Part shown: positions 1 to 8,461 of the stretch, in pieces
Numbering within the stretch: position 1 is the stretch's first letter
How the letters are laid out: each line of letters starts with the position of its first letter
IMG/VR virus record: IMGVR_UViG_3300037200_000067
Coordinates: 1 to 64,000 of that record
DNA: 64,000 nt
Direction: 5' to 3' (one strand)
DNA from: a virus
Position numbers and translations under genes: made by a program
Notes under the pieces: generated by a model
What the model was told of the DNA's origin: nothing
The model's database searches: none
Seen by the model: the letters and a program-made list of their open reading frames with translations, nothing else

Positions 1-1
1 C

Positions 2-400
2 GGCCATTCCGATCCTGCCGTCTGGCTCGAAGTGCGGATGAAAGACGGCAAGGAATATCAGTCTGAGCCGGACAGCGATGCATTTGAGATCAAGCGCGAT
101 ATCGAGGCGCTGCGCACGCATCTTGCGGTTCAGCCGGCGGCCAGTGGCCCGAAGGCACCACTCCTTCGGTTGAACCCGACCGTCTCAATCGACGTGACGC
201 AAATATCGTCGCTCCTGCTGCATGACGAGCCTTGGAACGGGGGGAAACCGCCTGGCTGGCGACAGCGGGAGGGCCGGATCGCGTGGCTCGAAGTCTTTAT
301 GAAAGACGGGACCAAATACGAGACGGACTTCGCCGACGATCCGTTCGCCATCCGATCAGAGATCGAAGCCCTCCGTCTCCACCTTTCCGTCCAGCCGTGA
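2..400 (+). CDS. Hypothetical protein with internal tandem domain duplication (5' end probably outside window)
   Basis: Frame is open from base 2 (GHSDPAVWLEVRMKDG...). Two copies of WLEVxMKDGxxY...D.FxI...IEALR.HL.VQP. Confidence 0.7.
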   Translation, partial: GHSDPAVWLEVRMKDGKEYQSEPDSDAFEIKRDIEALRTHLAVQPAASGPKAPLLRLNPTVSIDVTQISSLLLHDEPWNGGKPPGWRQREGRIAWLEVFMKDGTKYETDFADDPFAIRSEIEALRLHLSVQP

Positions 401-410
401 GGCCGCGCCC

Positions 411-3400
411 GTGAGCAACATCTATCGCCTTAACGACAGCGGCGAACCGGGCGGACTCCGTGCCCGCGTAAAAATGGTCACGGACAACCTGATCAATTTC
501 ATCAGCGGCCTCGGCACCGGCAAAGACCCAACGACAGCGTCCCGCTTTCATTTCCACGAAATCAACCGCAACGCCCTCGAAGCCGCCTATCGGTCAGACT
601 GGATAGCACGCAGGATCATCGACGCTCCCGCCGAAGATCAGACCCGCGAATGGCGCTCGTGGCAGGCGACAAACCCCCAGATCGAGGCCATCGAAGACCT
701 CGAAAAGCATCTCGATATCCAGCAGAAAACCAAGCTGGCGATCATCCGCGCGCGTCTGTATGGCGGCGCGGCGCTGGTGCTCGGCGTCGATCAAGGCGAA
801 ACGTGGGAGCCGATCGACTATGACAAGGTCGGCAAGGGCGACCTGAAATTCGTGGTGGTGATGAACCGCTACGAACTTGCTGCGGGGCCGCGCATCTATA
901 ACGTGATGAGTCCCTGGTACACGCGTCCGGAATTCTACACGGTCCAGACCCCGCTTTTTGGATTCGGCGGCGAGAACGGCACGCAATATCCCGGCATCAA
1001 CCGAACAGCTGAGGCGTTGATCGTCCCGCCTCGCGTGCAGGGCCAAGCGCCCTATCCGAGCGACAAATTCTTTCAGGTCAGCCCAAACCAGGGAATGGTG
1101 CTGATCCATCCGTCGCGGGTGATCGAACTGGCGGGAAACGAATTGCCCGACTGGCGCCTAGCGCCGATGGGCGGCGGCTGGGGCGATTCGGTCCTCCAGA
1201 CCGTTGACGAGGTGCTGAAAGACTTCGGCCTCACGGTCGGCGGCATCGCCAACATGATCAACGACGCCAAGATGGACGTCGTGAAGGTGCCGGACTTCTC
1301 AAAAAATATATCGACACAGGAATACGCGACGAAACTCGCGACCCGGTTTCAGACCGCGAACCTCCAGAAATCGGTGCTGAACGCCCTCGTTCTCGACAAG
1401 GAGGAAGAGTGGTCGCGCATCCAGACGTCGTTTGCGGCGCTGCCCGATATCATGCGGGAATACATGACGCTCGCGGCGGGCGCCGGCGGGATTCCCGTAA
1501 GCCGGCTGATGGGCCAAAGCCCCGGCCGTGGACTGAATACGACCTCTGGCGGCGACACGGATATCAAGAATTACTACGACTCGATGGCCTCGGCTCAGAA
1601 AACCACGCTCACGCCAGCGATGGAGCCGCTCGACCAGTGCCTGATCCGATCGGCAACCGGGAAATACGATAAAAATATCTGGTACGAATGGAATCCGCTT
1701 TACACGCAAGACCCGAAAGACGTGGCGGCGATCCAACTGACGAAAGCCCAAACCACCTCGCAATACGTCACGATGGGCCTGATCAACGAGGACGCGCTGC
1801 GGCAGGGCGTCGTCAATCAGTTGCTTGAGGATGGCCCTTACGCCGGTCTTGAGGACGCGATCGAGGAATATGGCTCCAAGCCCGACGTCCCCGAGTCGCG
1901 CGTCTGGTCGCCCGGCTATGATCCTGTCACCGGCAAGCCATTGCAGGGCGGCGCGGGCGGCGGCGGTGGGCCGGGCGAGCCAGGATCGCCAGCGGGCGGC
2001 TCTGGCGGCGGTGGAGGATCGAAGGGCGGCGGTGGCGCGGGAGGGCCGACGACGGCCACAGCGCCGGGCGGCAATCGCGGCGCGGGGGGAACGGGCGGCG
2101 AGACGTCGCAGGGAAACCAGGGCGGCAACGTCTTTCACATTCACCTCGCCGGCAAAGACGCGGCTGACTTTGTGCGCGACTTTGATCCAGACCAGCCGCG
2201 TGATCCTGCCGGCAAGTGGACGAGTGGCGGCGGCGCATCTGGGCTCCAGACCAAGAGCGCTAAAAGCGCAGCCTTCTTCGCCGCACTCGAGGAAAAATTC
2301 CGGGCCAGTGCGCAGGCGCGCCTTAACCCGCAGCCGCAGCGCGTCTCGACGTCGCAGGGTGAGGGCGCGCTGGCGATGTTTCACGGGACCGTCGATCAGG
2401 TCCGCGACAAAATTCTGAAGGAGGGTCTCATTCCGCATGCGAGCGGGGGCGGGGACGCTTACGCTGCAAAGCACGGAATGGGCGTCGCGAAGCATGCATT
2501 CGAGGGTGATCGGGCGAATTCCGTCTATATGTCGCCAGACCCCGATTACGCGCGTTCATTCGCGCAGATTGTCGCCAAGGATCATCCGGGCGCCAAGCCG
2601 ATTTTGTTCGAGGCTGACATTCCCGACAGCGCGACCAAAAATCTGAAACGCGACGAGCATGCGGACGGTGCGCCAGCCTATCGTTACATCGGCAAAATAC
2701 CCCCTGCGTGGCTGAAGGTGGTCCCGCTTGACACGCCAGGCTTCGGCAACATCACGACAGACGAGGATAGCGGCGTGAAGCTCTATATCCTCGTGTTCGC
2801 TGACGGGACGACGAGCGCGCTCGACTTCAACCCCAACCACGATCCGAAGACCGGGCAGTTCACGAGCGGTCAGACGGGCGCGGGCGGCGGGCAGAAATCG
2901 GCCAGAACGGCCCGATCTGGTGGCAAGACTTCCCGGAAATCCGGCGCAAAGTCGGCGGGCGCGGGCGCGGCGACAGAGGCCGCGCCAGAACCGACCGAAG
3001 GCGAGGAAGATTTCAATCGCCTGAAGGGCCATCTTCTCGCCGCAGCCGGCGCGATCAAAGACCCGGCCTCGACGATCAAAAACGCCGCGAACTGGACATC
3101 ATGGCATCAGCGCGCTGGATCACAGGCGGCATGGACGCGATCGGGGCTTAAAGCCGCTGCGGCGAGTGGCGCGAAAACGGTCGCCGGCGGCATCCACCAG
3201 GCCGCTGCCGACAAGCTATCCGACACGCTAAAGGGTCTCTTCGACACAATTTGCGAAGGCGTTGGCGGCATCGTCGGAACTGAGGTCGGCGGCATAACGG
3301 GCGGCATTGTCGGCGCGGTCTTCGGCGGAATCATCGGCTATGGCGTCGACAAGCTGATGGACCACCTTGGCGTCACGCCGGAAATGGGCGCGCACGTCCT

Positions 3401-3656
3401 GTCGGTCGCCGGCCACTCGGCGATCGCGTATGCGCACCTTCACGCGCCAAAGATCGCGCAGCGCCTCGCTACGAGCGCGCCAGAGGGCAATTGGAGCGCG
3501 GTGATGCATCCGGGCGCCTATGGCGACGCGGGCGACGGTGGCGACTTCCTCGCGCGCCTTGAGGCGTTCGTCCGCGAACTTGATGCAATGACGCCAGAGC
3601 AGATCACAGAAGCCGCCGCGCAGGCGCGGCAGGCACGCATGGGAGCGCAGATATGA
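411..3656 (+). CDS. Portal protein (DUF1073/HI1409-type) with a long C-terminal extension carrying an ART/Tpt1-like domain and a glycine zipper
   Basis: The N-terminal ~500 aa has DUF1073-type motifs (AYRSDWIARRIIDAPAEDQTREW, ARLYGGAA, GIPVSRLMGQSP.GLN, D..NYYD, WNPL). First gene of the head block. Confidence 0.9.
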   Translation: MSNIYRLNDSGEPGGLRARVKMVTDNLINFISGLGTGKDPTTASRFHFHEINRNALEAAYRSDWIARRIIDAPAEDQTREWRSWQATNPQIEAIEDLEKHLDIQQKTKLAIIRARLYGGAALVLGVDQGETWEPIDYDKVGKGDLKFVVVMNRYELAAGPRIYNVMSPWYTRPEFYTVQTPLFGFGGENGTQYPGINRTAEALIVPPRVQGQAPYPSDKFFQVSPNQGMVLIHPSRVIELAGNELPDWRLAPMGGGWGDSVLQTVDEVLKDFGLTVGGIANMINDAKMDVVKVPDFSKNISTQEYATKLATRFQTANLQKSVLNALVLDKEEEWSRIQTSFAALPDIMREYMTLAAGAGGIPVSRLMGQSPGRGLNTTSGGDTDIKNYYDSMASAQKTTLTPAMEPLDQCLIRSATGKYDKNIWYEWNPLYTQDPKDVAAIQLTKAQTTSQYVTMGLINEDALRQGVVNQLLEDGPYAGLEDAIEEYGSKPDVPESRVWSPGYDPVTGKPLQGGAGGGGGPGEPGSPAGGSGGGGGSKGGGGAGGPTTATAPGGNRGAGGTGGETSQGNQGGNVFHIHLAGKDAADFVRDFDPDQPRDPAGKWTSGGGASGLQTKSAKSAAFFAALEEKFRASAQARLNPQPQRVSTSQGEGALAMFHGTVDQVRDKILKEGLIPHASGGGDAYAAKHGMGVAKHAFEGDRANSVYMSPDPDYARSFAQIVAKDHPGAKPILFEADIPDSATKNLKRDEHADGAPAYRYIGKIPPAWLKVVPLDTPGFGNITTDEDSGVKLYILVFADGTTSALDFNPNHDPKTGQFTSGQTGAGGGQKSARTARSGGKTSRKSGAKSAGAGAATEAAPEPTEGEEDFNRLKGHLLAAAGAIKDPASTIKNAANWTSWHQRAGSQAAWTRSGLKAAAASGAKTVAGGIHQAAADKLSDTLKGLFDTICEGVGGIVGTEVGGITGGIVGAVFGGIIGYGVDKLMDHLGVTPEMGAHVLSVAGHSAIAYAHLHAPKIAQRLATSAPEGNWSAVMHPGAYGDAGDGGDFLARLEAFVRELDAMTPEQITEAAAQARQARMGAQI

Positions 3657-3871
3657 CCCTTCACGTCGTCAAGCAAAAGCCGACTGGCGGAGGCGTCCGA
3701 TCGATCGGCAATCTTTGGTTCGCGGATAAGAAGCCGGCAGACGGTCCATACGAGAGGGCGGGGCGCGTGCTCAAAGGATTGGATGTAGCCCACGCGCTCC
3801 GATTTGGCTCTGACGGCGGGCGCAGCCTCATTGTGACGGTGCGCATGCTGGAATTCGAGGGTCGCCAATGA
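3653..3871 (+). CDS. Small hypothetical protein
   Basis: ATGA overlap with the portal stop; part of a coupled run of four small ORFs. Confidence 0.55.
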   Translation: MTLHVVKQKPTGGGVRSIGNLWFADKKPADGPYERAGRVLKGLDVAHALRFGSDGGRSLIVTVRMLEFEGRQ

Positions 3872-4050
3872 AACTCACTGTCGATCCCGTCCGAAAGGTC
3901 GTCGTTATCGAAATCCGCATGGCGGAGTTACCCGACGGGGATGACGACAAGCCGCCCCAGTTTGAAGCGAGGGTCGAGGGCGTTGACCCGGATACCGGCG
4001 CGCGCCTTTTTGCCGCACTGACAATCGGCATCGTGGCGCCCACTGACTGA
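3868..4050 (+). CDS. Small hypothetical protein
   Basis: ATGA overlap with the previous ORF. Confidence 0.55.
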   Translation: MKLTVDPVRKVVVIEIRMAELPDGDDDKPPQFEARVEGVDPDTGARLFAALTIGIVAPTD

Positions 4051-4298
4051 TGCGCAACGAGGACAAAATACTGATCTTTGAACTCGCGCGCTGCCCCCTC
4101 GAATGCGCAAATGAGAAGCGTTTTTCAAAATTGATGGTCCGCGCAGCCTATGACGGCGACAGTATTTCTGGAGACGAGCGCAAGGCTCTCTATTTCTTGA
4201 TCCACAGATACGAAGAGACCGTACACACCGATATGTTGGAACTCGCGCTCGACGAAGCCGAGGCATCAGGACTCTACGATCCAATGGTGAAAATATGA
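4050..4298 (+). CDS. Small hypothetical protein
   Basis: TGATG overlap with the previous ORF. Confidence 0.6.
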   Translation: MRNEDKILIFELARCPLECANEKRFSKLMVRAAYDGDSISGDERKALYFLIHRYEETVHTDMLELALDEAEASGLYDPMVKI

Positions 4299-4552
4299 CC
4301 GAGGACGGAAGCATGAGAAATTACTTCAAGCCAAGCGCCGTCCTGGCGGTCAAGGTTGAGGCCACGCCTTTAGCAGGCGGCGCGACGATGACAAAGGAAC
4401 GCCCGCAAATGCTCTTGTCCGTCTCAATCGGCGACGTCCTACGCAGACTGGCGGATGACGTCGATAGCCGCGCCAACTGTTCGGTGCGTTGGAATACAGA
4501 CCCCGATGACGGCACGATCACGATGATGGTGGACTTCAAACCGTGGGTCTGA
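4295..4552 (+). CDS. Small hypothetical protein
   Basis: ATGA overlap upstream; TGATG overlap with the MuF start. Confidence 0.55.
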   Translation: MTEDGSMRNYFKPSAVLAVKVEATPLAGGATMTKERPQMLLSVSIGDVLRRLADDVDSRANCSVRWNTDPDDGTITMMVDFKPWV

Positions 4553-6141
4553 TGCTCGACCGCGCGCAAGGAGATCGCCGCAGGCGCATGTTGCGCGACG
4601 CGGCGAAGGGGGAAGGCCGTAGCGGGTTAGCGATAGGTCACGGCCACCTGCATGTCGCTGATCAAACGCCGGGGCGTGGAGGCAACGGGGCCTGCCTCCA
4701 CGACTCTGCCCCGGCCGCGAATGATCCAACAGGCACGACGCCGCTCCGACGGGCATTCCTGGAGGAAGCCCGTAAGCGATGGGCGGCGCTCGATGCGCTC
4801 ACAACTGACGCGATCATCAAGCACAACATGCTCGGAACCGTGAGTGTCGCCAGCATCGGGCAGGCGGCGGCGAGCGCGGTCGGCGGAAACCAGATCGACA
4901 ATTTCGCGCTCTGGTTTGGCGAGGCGGTGCGCCAGGTCGTCATGAACGGCGATGGGCAATGGGTTGCGCCATATATCCGGCAGGCCGCTGGCATGGCCGA
5001 GGAGCGCGCGCGCGGGCTGCTGAGGCTGGACGAAAACGTCGTCGAAGGCATGCCGACGCCTGACGGAAAACCATCCTCGCTCTACATCAGCCGTCCCGTC
5101 GTCAACGCCGCCGATATTGTCGCGTGGGCGAAAGACGCCGGCTTTCCGACCACGCTGCCCGCTGACGATATGCACGTCACGGTCGTCTTCTCGCGCGCGC
5201 AGGTCGATTGGGCGAATGTGCCAGATCACGGCTCTGACCATGTTACGATCGAAGGGTCTGTTGGTCGGTCCCTTGATCAGTTCGGCGACGCCGTCGTCCT
5301 TCGCTTCCCGTGCGAATATCTCGCGCGCCGCCACCATGAAATATCCGCCCTTGGCGCATCATGGGACCATCCGCAATACCAGCCGCACGTCACGATCACG
5401 TGGAACGTCGGCGACTTCGACTGGCGCAACGTGCCCCCATATGCCGGCCCGATTGTGCTCGGCCCGGAAATCTTCAAGCCAGTCAAGGAAGACTGGAAGG
5501 CGTCGATCGTCGAGGACTCCTCGCCCGCGATCAACACTCTGATCGCCGTCACGATCGCCGAACTGCGCGGGATATGCGACGCGACCATCCAGCAGGTGAC
5601 GCGCGCGATCGGCAACGCCGTCCTGGCGCATCAGCGCGCGCCGCAACTCGCCACGGCAGCGGCTGGCGTCATGCGCACAGTCGGTCTCGCCCGCACCAAC
5701 GCCATGATCAATTACATGGTCGTCAAAGCGTTCGCCGTGATCACGCTGGAGGTTTTCCGAACTGGCGGCGTCGAGCAAGTCGGAACGGTCGCCGAAAGCA
5801 TCCCGGCACCGCGCGCGCTCGACGCGCTGTTCGACGCCGCGCGCGTCACGCCGCAGGTGCGCCACGCGCGCACGGGCCAGTTCGTCAAGTTCAAAAAGCC
5901 GCCGTCGCGCAAGAGGCGCGCGGAGATTGAGAAGATCGAGGCTGGGCTCGCGGGGCTTGGCGAGGTCGACGTCGTTACGGCGGACGACGACCTGGTTTGT
6001 CAGCGCTGCCAGGACATCAGCGACAACGGGCCATACGATATAAATGAGGCGCTAGGACTTGTGCCCGTCCATATTTCCTGCCGATGCGTATTTTCACCGA
6101 CTCGCGATGAAGGAGGGCGATTTACCAAAAGGATAAAATGA
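4552..6141 (+). CDS. MuF / SPP1 gp7-family minor head protein with an inserted Acb1-like 2H phosphoesterase domain
   Basis: N-terminal DPTGTTPLRRAF and C-terminal MuF Cys/His motif (TADDDLVCQRC...PVHISCRC). The central domain has two HVT (HxT) motifs at 5173 and 5386. Confidence 0.85.
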   Translation: MLDRAQGDRRRRMLRDAAKGEGRSGLAIGHGHLHVADQTPGRGGNGACLHDSAPAANDPTGTTPLRRAFLEEARKRWAALDALTTDAIIKHNMLGTVSVASIGQAAASAVGGNQIDNFALWFGEAVRQVVMNGDGQWVAPYIRQAAGMAEERARGLLRLDENVVEGMPTPDGKPSSLYISRPVVNAADIVAWAKDAGFPTTLPADDMHVTVVFSRAQVDWANVPDHGSDHVTIEGSVGRSLDQFGDAVVLRFPCEYLARRHHEISALGASWDHPQYQPHVTITWNVGDFDWRNVPPYAGPIVLGPEIFKPVKEDWKASIVEDSSPAINTLIAVTIAELRGICDATIQQVTRAIGNAVLAHQRAPQLATAAAGVMRTVGLARTNAMINYMVVKAFAVITLEVFRTGGVEQVGTVAESIPAPRALDALFDAARVTPQVRHARTGQFVKFKKPPSRKRRAEIEKIEAGLAGLGEVDVVTADDDLVCQRCQDISDNGPYDINEALGLVPVHISCRCVFSPTRDEGGRFTKRIK

Positions 6142-6142
6142 G

Positions 6143-6577
6143 TTGGGGCTGGTGGCAACCGAATATACACGAAACGTTAATCAGTCGTCCCTATCGCTCG
6201 AAGCAAGGCTCCGGGCTGAGAACGCATCTTTGCGCGATCAGCTTGAGGAGTTGAGAGAGCGGTTTGAGATTTATAAACGGGAAACGCTGACCTCGTCATG
6301 GTCGCCCCCGATCGCATTAAGGCTTAGCAAAAGCGAGCGCGTCGTGCTCGAAGCCTTATATCGGCGGGATTTCGTGGCGAAAGAAGCAATGGTGATGGTG
6401 CTTTACGACGATAAAATAGACGACTCGCCCTACTCAAATACAGTGGCCGCGTTCGTCTCCAAAATTCGTCGTAAACTGAGGCCGTACCAAATCCCAATCC
6501 TGAACCGCTGGGGCGTCGGATATTTCATCACCAGCGCTGACAAGCGCCGCCTCGATGAGATCGCCGAATCCCTCTGA
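6143..6577 (+). CDS. Winged-helix transcription factor (OmpR/PhoB-type DNA-binding domain, CtrA-like) with an N-terminal coiled coil and no receiver domain
   Basis: LSKSERVVLEAL...KEAMVMVLY...NTVAAFVSKIRRKL...ILNRWGVGY matches the Trans_reg_C pattern. Confidence 0.75.
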   Translation: MGLVATEYTRNVNQSSLSLEARLRAENASLRDQLEELRERFEIYKRETLTSSWSPPIALRLSKSERVVLEALYRRDFVAKEAMVMVLYDDKIDDSPYSNTVAAFVSKIRRKLRPYQIPILNRWGVGYFITSADKRRLDEIAESL

Positions 6578-6592
6578 GGCGGCGGGGACAGG

Positions 6593-8413
6593 ATGGGATT
6601 GCGATACCCGAAAGCGCCCCGCCAGATTGCGGACGGGATCACCCGCGTCAACCTCCTTGATCCCTTCATACTCGACGGCCTCGTTAAGACCAGCGACGGC
6701 ACAATGCGCCGCACGGCGGACGGCTATCTCACCGCCTTCGCCAATGTCGCGCGAACGGGCATCCAGCAGTACAAGGGCAAAGAGCTTGGCCGGCCCGATC
6801 TGGACGTCGTGAACGTCTATCGGCCCGCTGACGAGGTATTCTCGCGCGACGCCATGCATTCGATGGCGCACAAGCCCGTCACGCTCTACCACCCGACCGA
6901 AGCCGTCACCTCGAAGAACTGGAAAGACCACGCGGGCGGATCGACCGGCGATGAGGTTGTCCGCGACGGCGATCATGTCCGCGTCCCGCTGGTCATGATG
7001 GACCAAGGCCTGATCGACGCCGTCGAAAAGGGCGGCATCAAAGAACTGTCGATGGGCTACTCGACGGACCTGAAATGGGGCCGTGGGACGACGCCAGAGG
7101 GCCTGTCCTACGACGCCACGCAGACCAATATCCGCGCCAATCACCTGGCGGTGGTGCCCGTCGCGCGCGGCGGCAACACGCTGCGGCTGGACGCGACGAT
7201 GGCCCAGCCGAATGTCTGCCCGAACTGCGGCGCGGACATTCCGCCGAACGCAGACGAATGCCCGGCCTGCGAATTCGATCTCACCAACGACATGGCGCTT
7301 GACCGCGTGCCCATGAAATATTGCACCGACTGCGGCACGTCGATGATGGCCGATGCAAAGTTCTGTCCCGGCTGCTCGAAGGCGACCAAAGACGGCATGC
7401 CGCCCAAGACCTGCGCTCAATGTGGAGCACAGATGAAATTCTATGCGCTGGCGTGCCCGGTCTGCCAGACGCCCGCGCCGATGCGCGACGCAGCGAACCT
7501 GACCGCGCGCATGGTCGACGCGAATTTTTACTGGATCGTCGACAAGGTGTTCACCGAACAGAAGCGCGCGCAGATGGCGAAGTCCGGCGCCGCGATGCCC
7601 GGAGGGCGCTATCCGATCGCGACCGCTGCGGACGTCGAGAATGCGGTCAGAGACTACAACCGCACCGGCCAGCCGGCCGACGTCAAAGCCCACATCATCG
7701 CCCGCGCGAAAGCGATCGGGGCCACCAGTTCGCTGCCCGATGGATGGGCGTCGAAAACCAACGACAGCAAAGGAAATCCCATGAGCGCGACCATCACGAT
7801 TGACGGCGCCACGATCGCGGTGGCCGACGAACTCTCCGCTGCGGTCATCACCAAGAAGGTGACCGATCTCTCGCGCCAGCTTCGCGACGCCGAGAAGACG
7901 GCAGCCTCGGCCAAGGCCGACAAGGAAGAGGCCGAGGAAGAGAAGATGAAGCAGGAAGACGGCTTCAAGAAGCAGATCGCGGCCAAGGACGGCGAAATCG
8001 TCGCGCTGAAGTCGCAGTTGAAAGACGCCGTGATGAGCCCCGAGAAGCTCGACGCGCTGGTCAAGGACCGCGCCGAGGTTGTCGGCAAGTCCAAGTCGTT
8101 CCTCGGCGACGGCTTCACCTTCGACGGCAAGACTCTCGACGACATCAAGCGCGCGGTGGTCGCCAGCAAGATCGGCGATGCGGAAGCGAAGACGATGGAC
8201 GCTATTGGCGTCGCTGCGGCGTTCAAGGTGCTGACGGCCGGCACGGACACCCGCGACGGCTTTGGCCGCAGCGGCGGCGCCCGCGATATTGGCTTTGCGC
8301 TGCATCACCAGCAGTCGAACGGCCAGCGTCCCGGCGTCCGCGTTCAGGACGCTGCGCTCAGCGATTACGAAAAGAACCTCAACTCGGCATGGCAGACGAA
8401 GCGCGCCTCGTAA
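6593..8413 (+). CDS. Prohead protease/scaffold (DUF2213-type) with inserted zinc ribbons
   Basis: RTADGYL...ARTGIQQY, VYRPADEVF, PVTLYHP, ELSMGYS and NHLAVVPVARGG motifs. C-terminal coiled-coil scaffold region. Confidence 0.88.
   Translation: MGLRYPKAPRQIADGITRVNLLDPFILDGLVKTSDGTMRRTADGYLTAFANVARTGIQQYKGKELGRPDLDVVNVYRPADEVFSRDAMHSMAHKPVTLYHPTEAVTSKNWKDHAGGSTGDEVVRDGDHVRVPLVMMDQGLIDAVEKGGIKELSMGYSTDLKWGRGTTPEGLSYDATQTNIRANHLAVVPVARGGNTLRLDATMAQPNVCPNCGADIPPNADECPACEFDLTNDMALDRVPMKYCTDCGTSMMADAKFCPGCSKATKDGMPPKTCAQCGAQMKFYALACPVCQTPAPMRDAANLTARMVDANFYWIVDKVFTEQKRAQMAKSGAAMPGGRYPIATAADVENAVRDYNRTGQPADVKAHIIARAKAIGATSSLPDGWASKTNDSKGNPMSATITIDGATIAVADELSAAVITKKVTDLSRQLRDAEKTAASAKADKEEAEEEKMKQEDGFKKQIAAKDGEIVALKSQLKDAVMSPEKLDALVKDRAEVVGKSKSFLGDGFTFDGKTLDDIKRAVVASKIGDAEAKTMDAIGVAAAFKVLTAGTDTRDGFGRSGGARDIGFALHHQQSNGQRPGVRVQDAALSDYEKNLNSAWQTKRAS
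7781..8413 (+). CDS. Probable nested scaffolding protein translated from an internal start
   Basis: In-frame ATG at 7781 preceded by AAAGGAAATCCC (strong RBS). Product MSATITIDG... is a charged coiled coil. Confidence 0.6.
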   Translation: MSATITIDGATIAVADELSAAVITKKVTDLSRQLRDAEKTAASAKADKEEAEEEKMKQEDGFKKQIAAKDGEIVALKSQLKDAVMSPEKLDALVKDRAEVVGKSKSFLGDGFTFDGKTLDDIKRAVVASKIGDAEAKTMDAIGVAAAFKVLTAGTDTRDGFGRSGGARDIGFALHHQQSNGQRPGVRVQDAALSDYEKNLNSAWQTKRAS

Positions 8414-8461
8414 GGCGCGCGACATCCTGCGTCGAAACCTTCGCTTTATGGAGCATGACCA

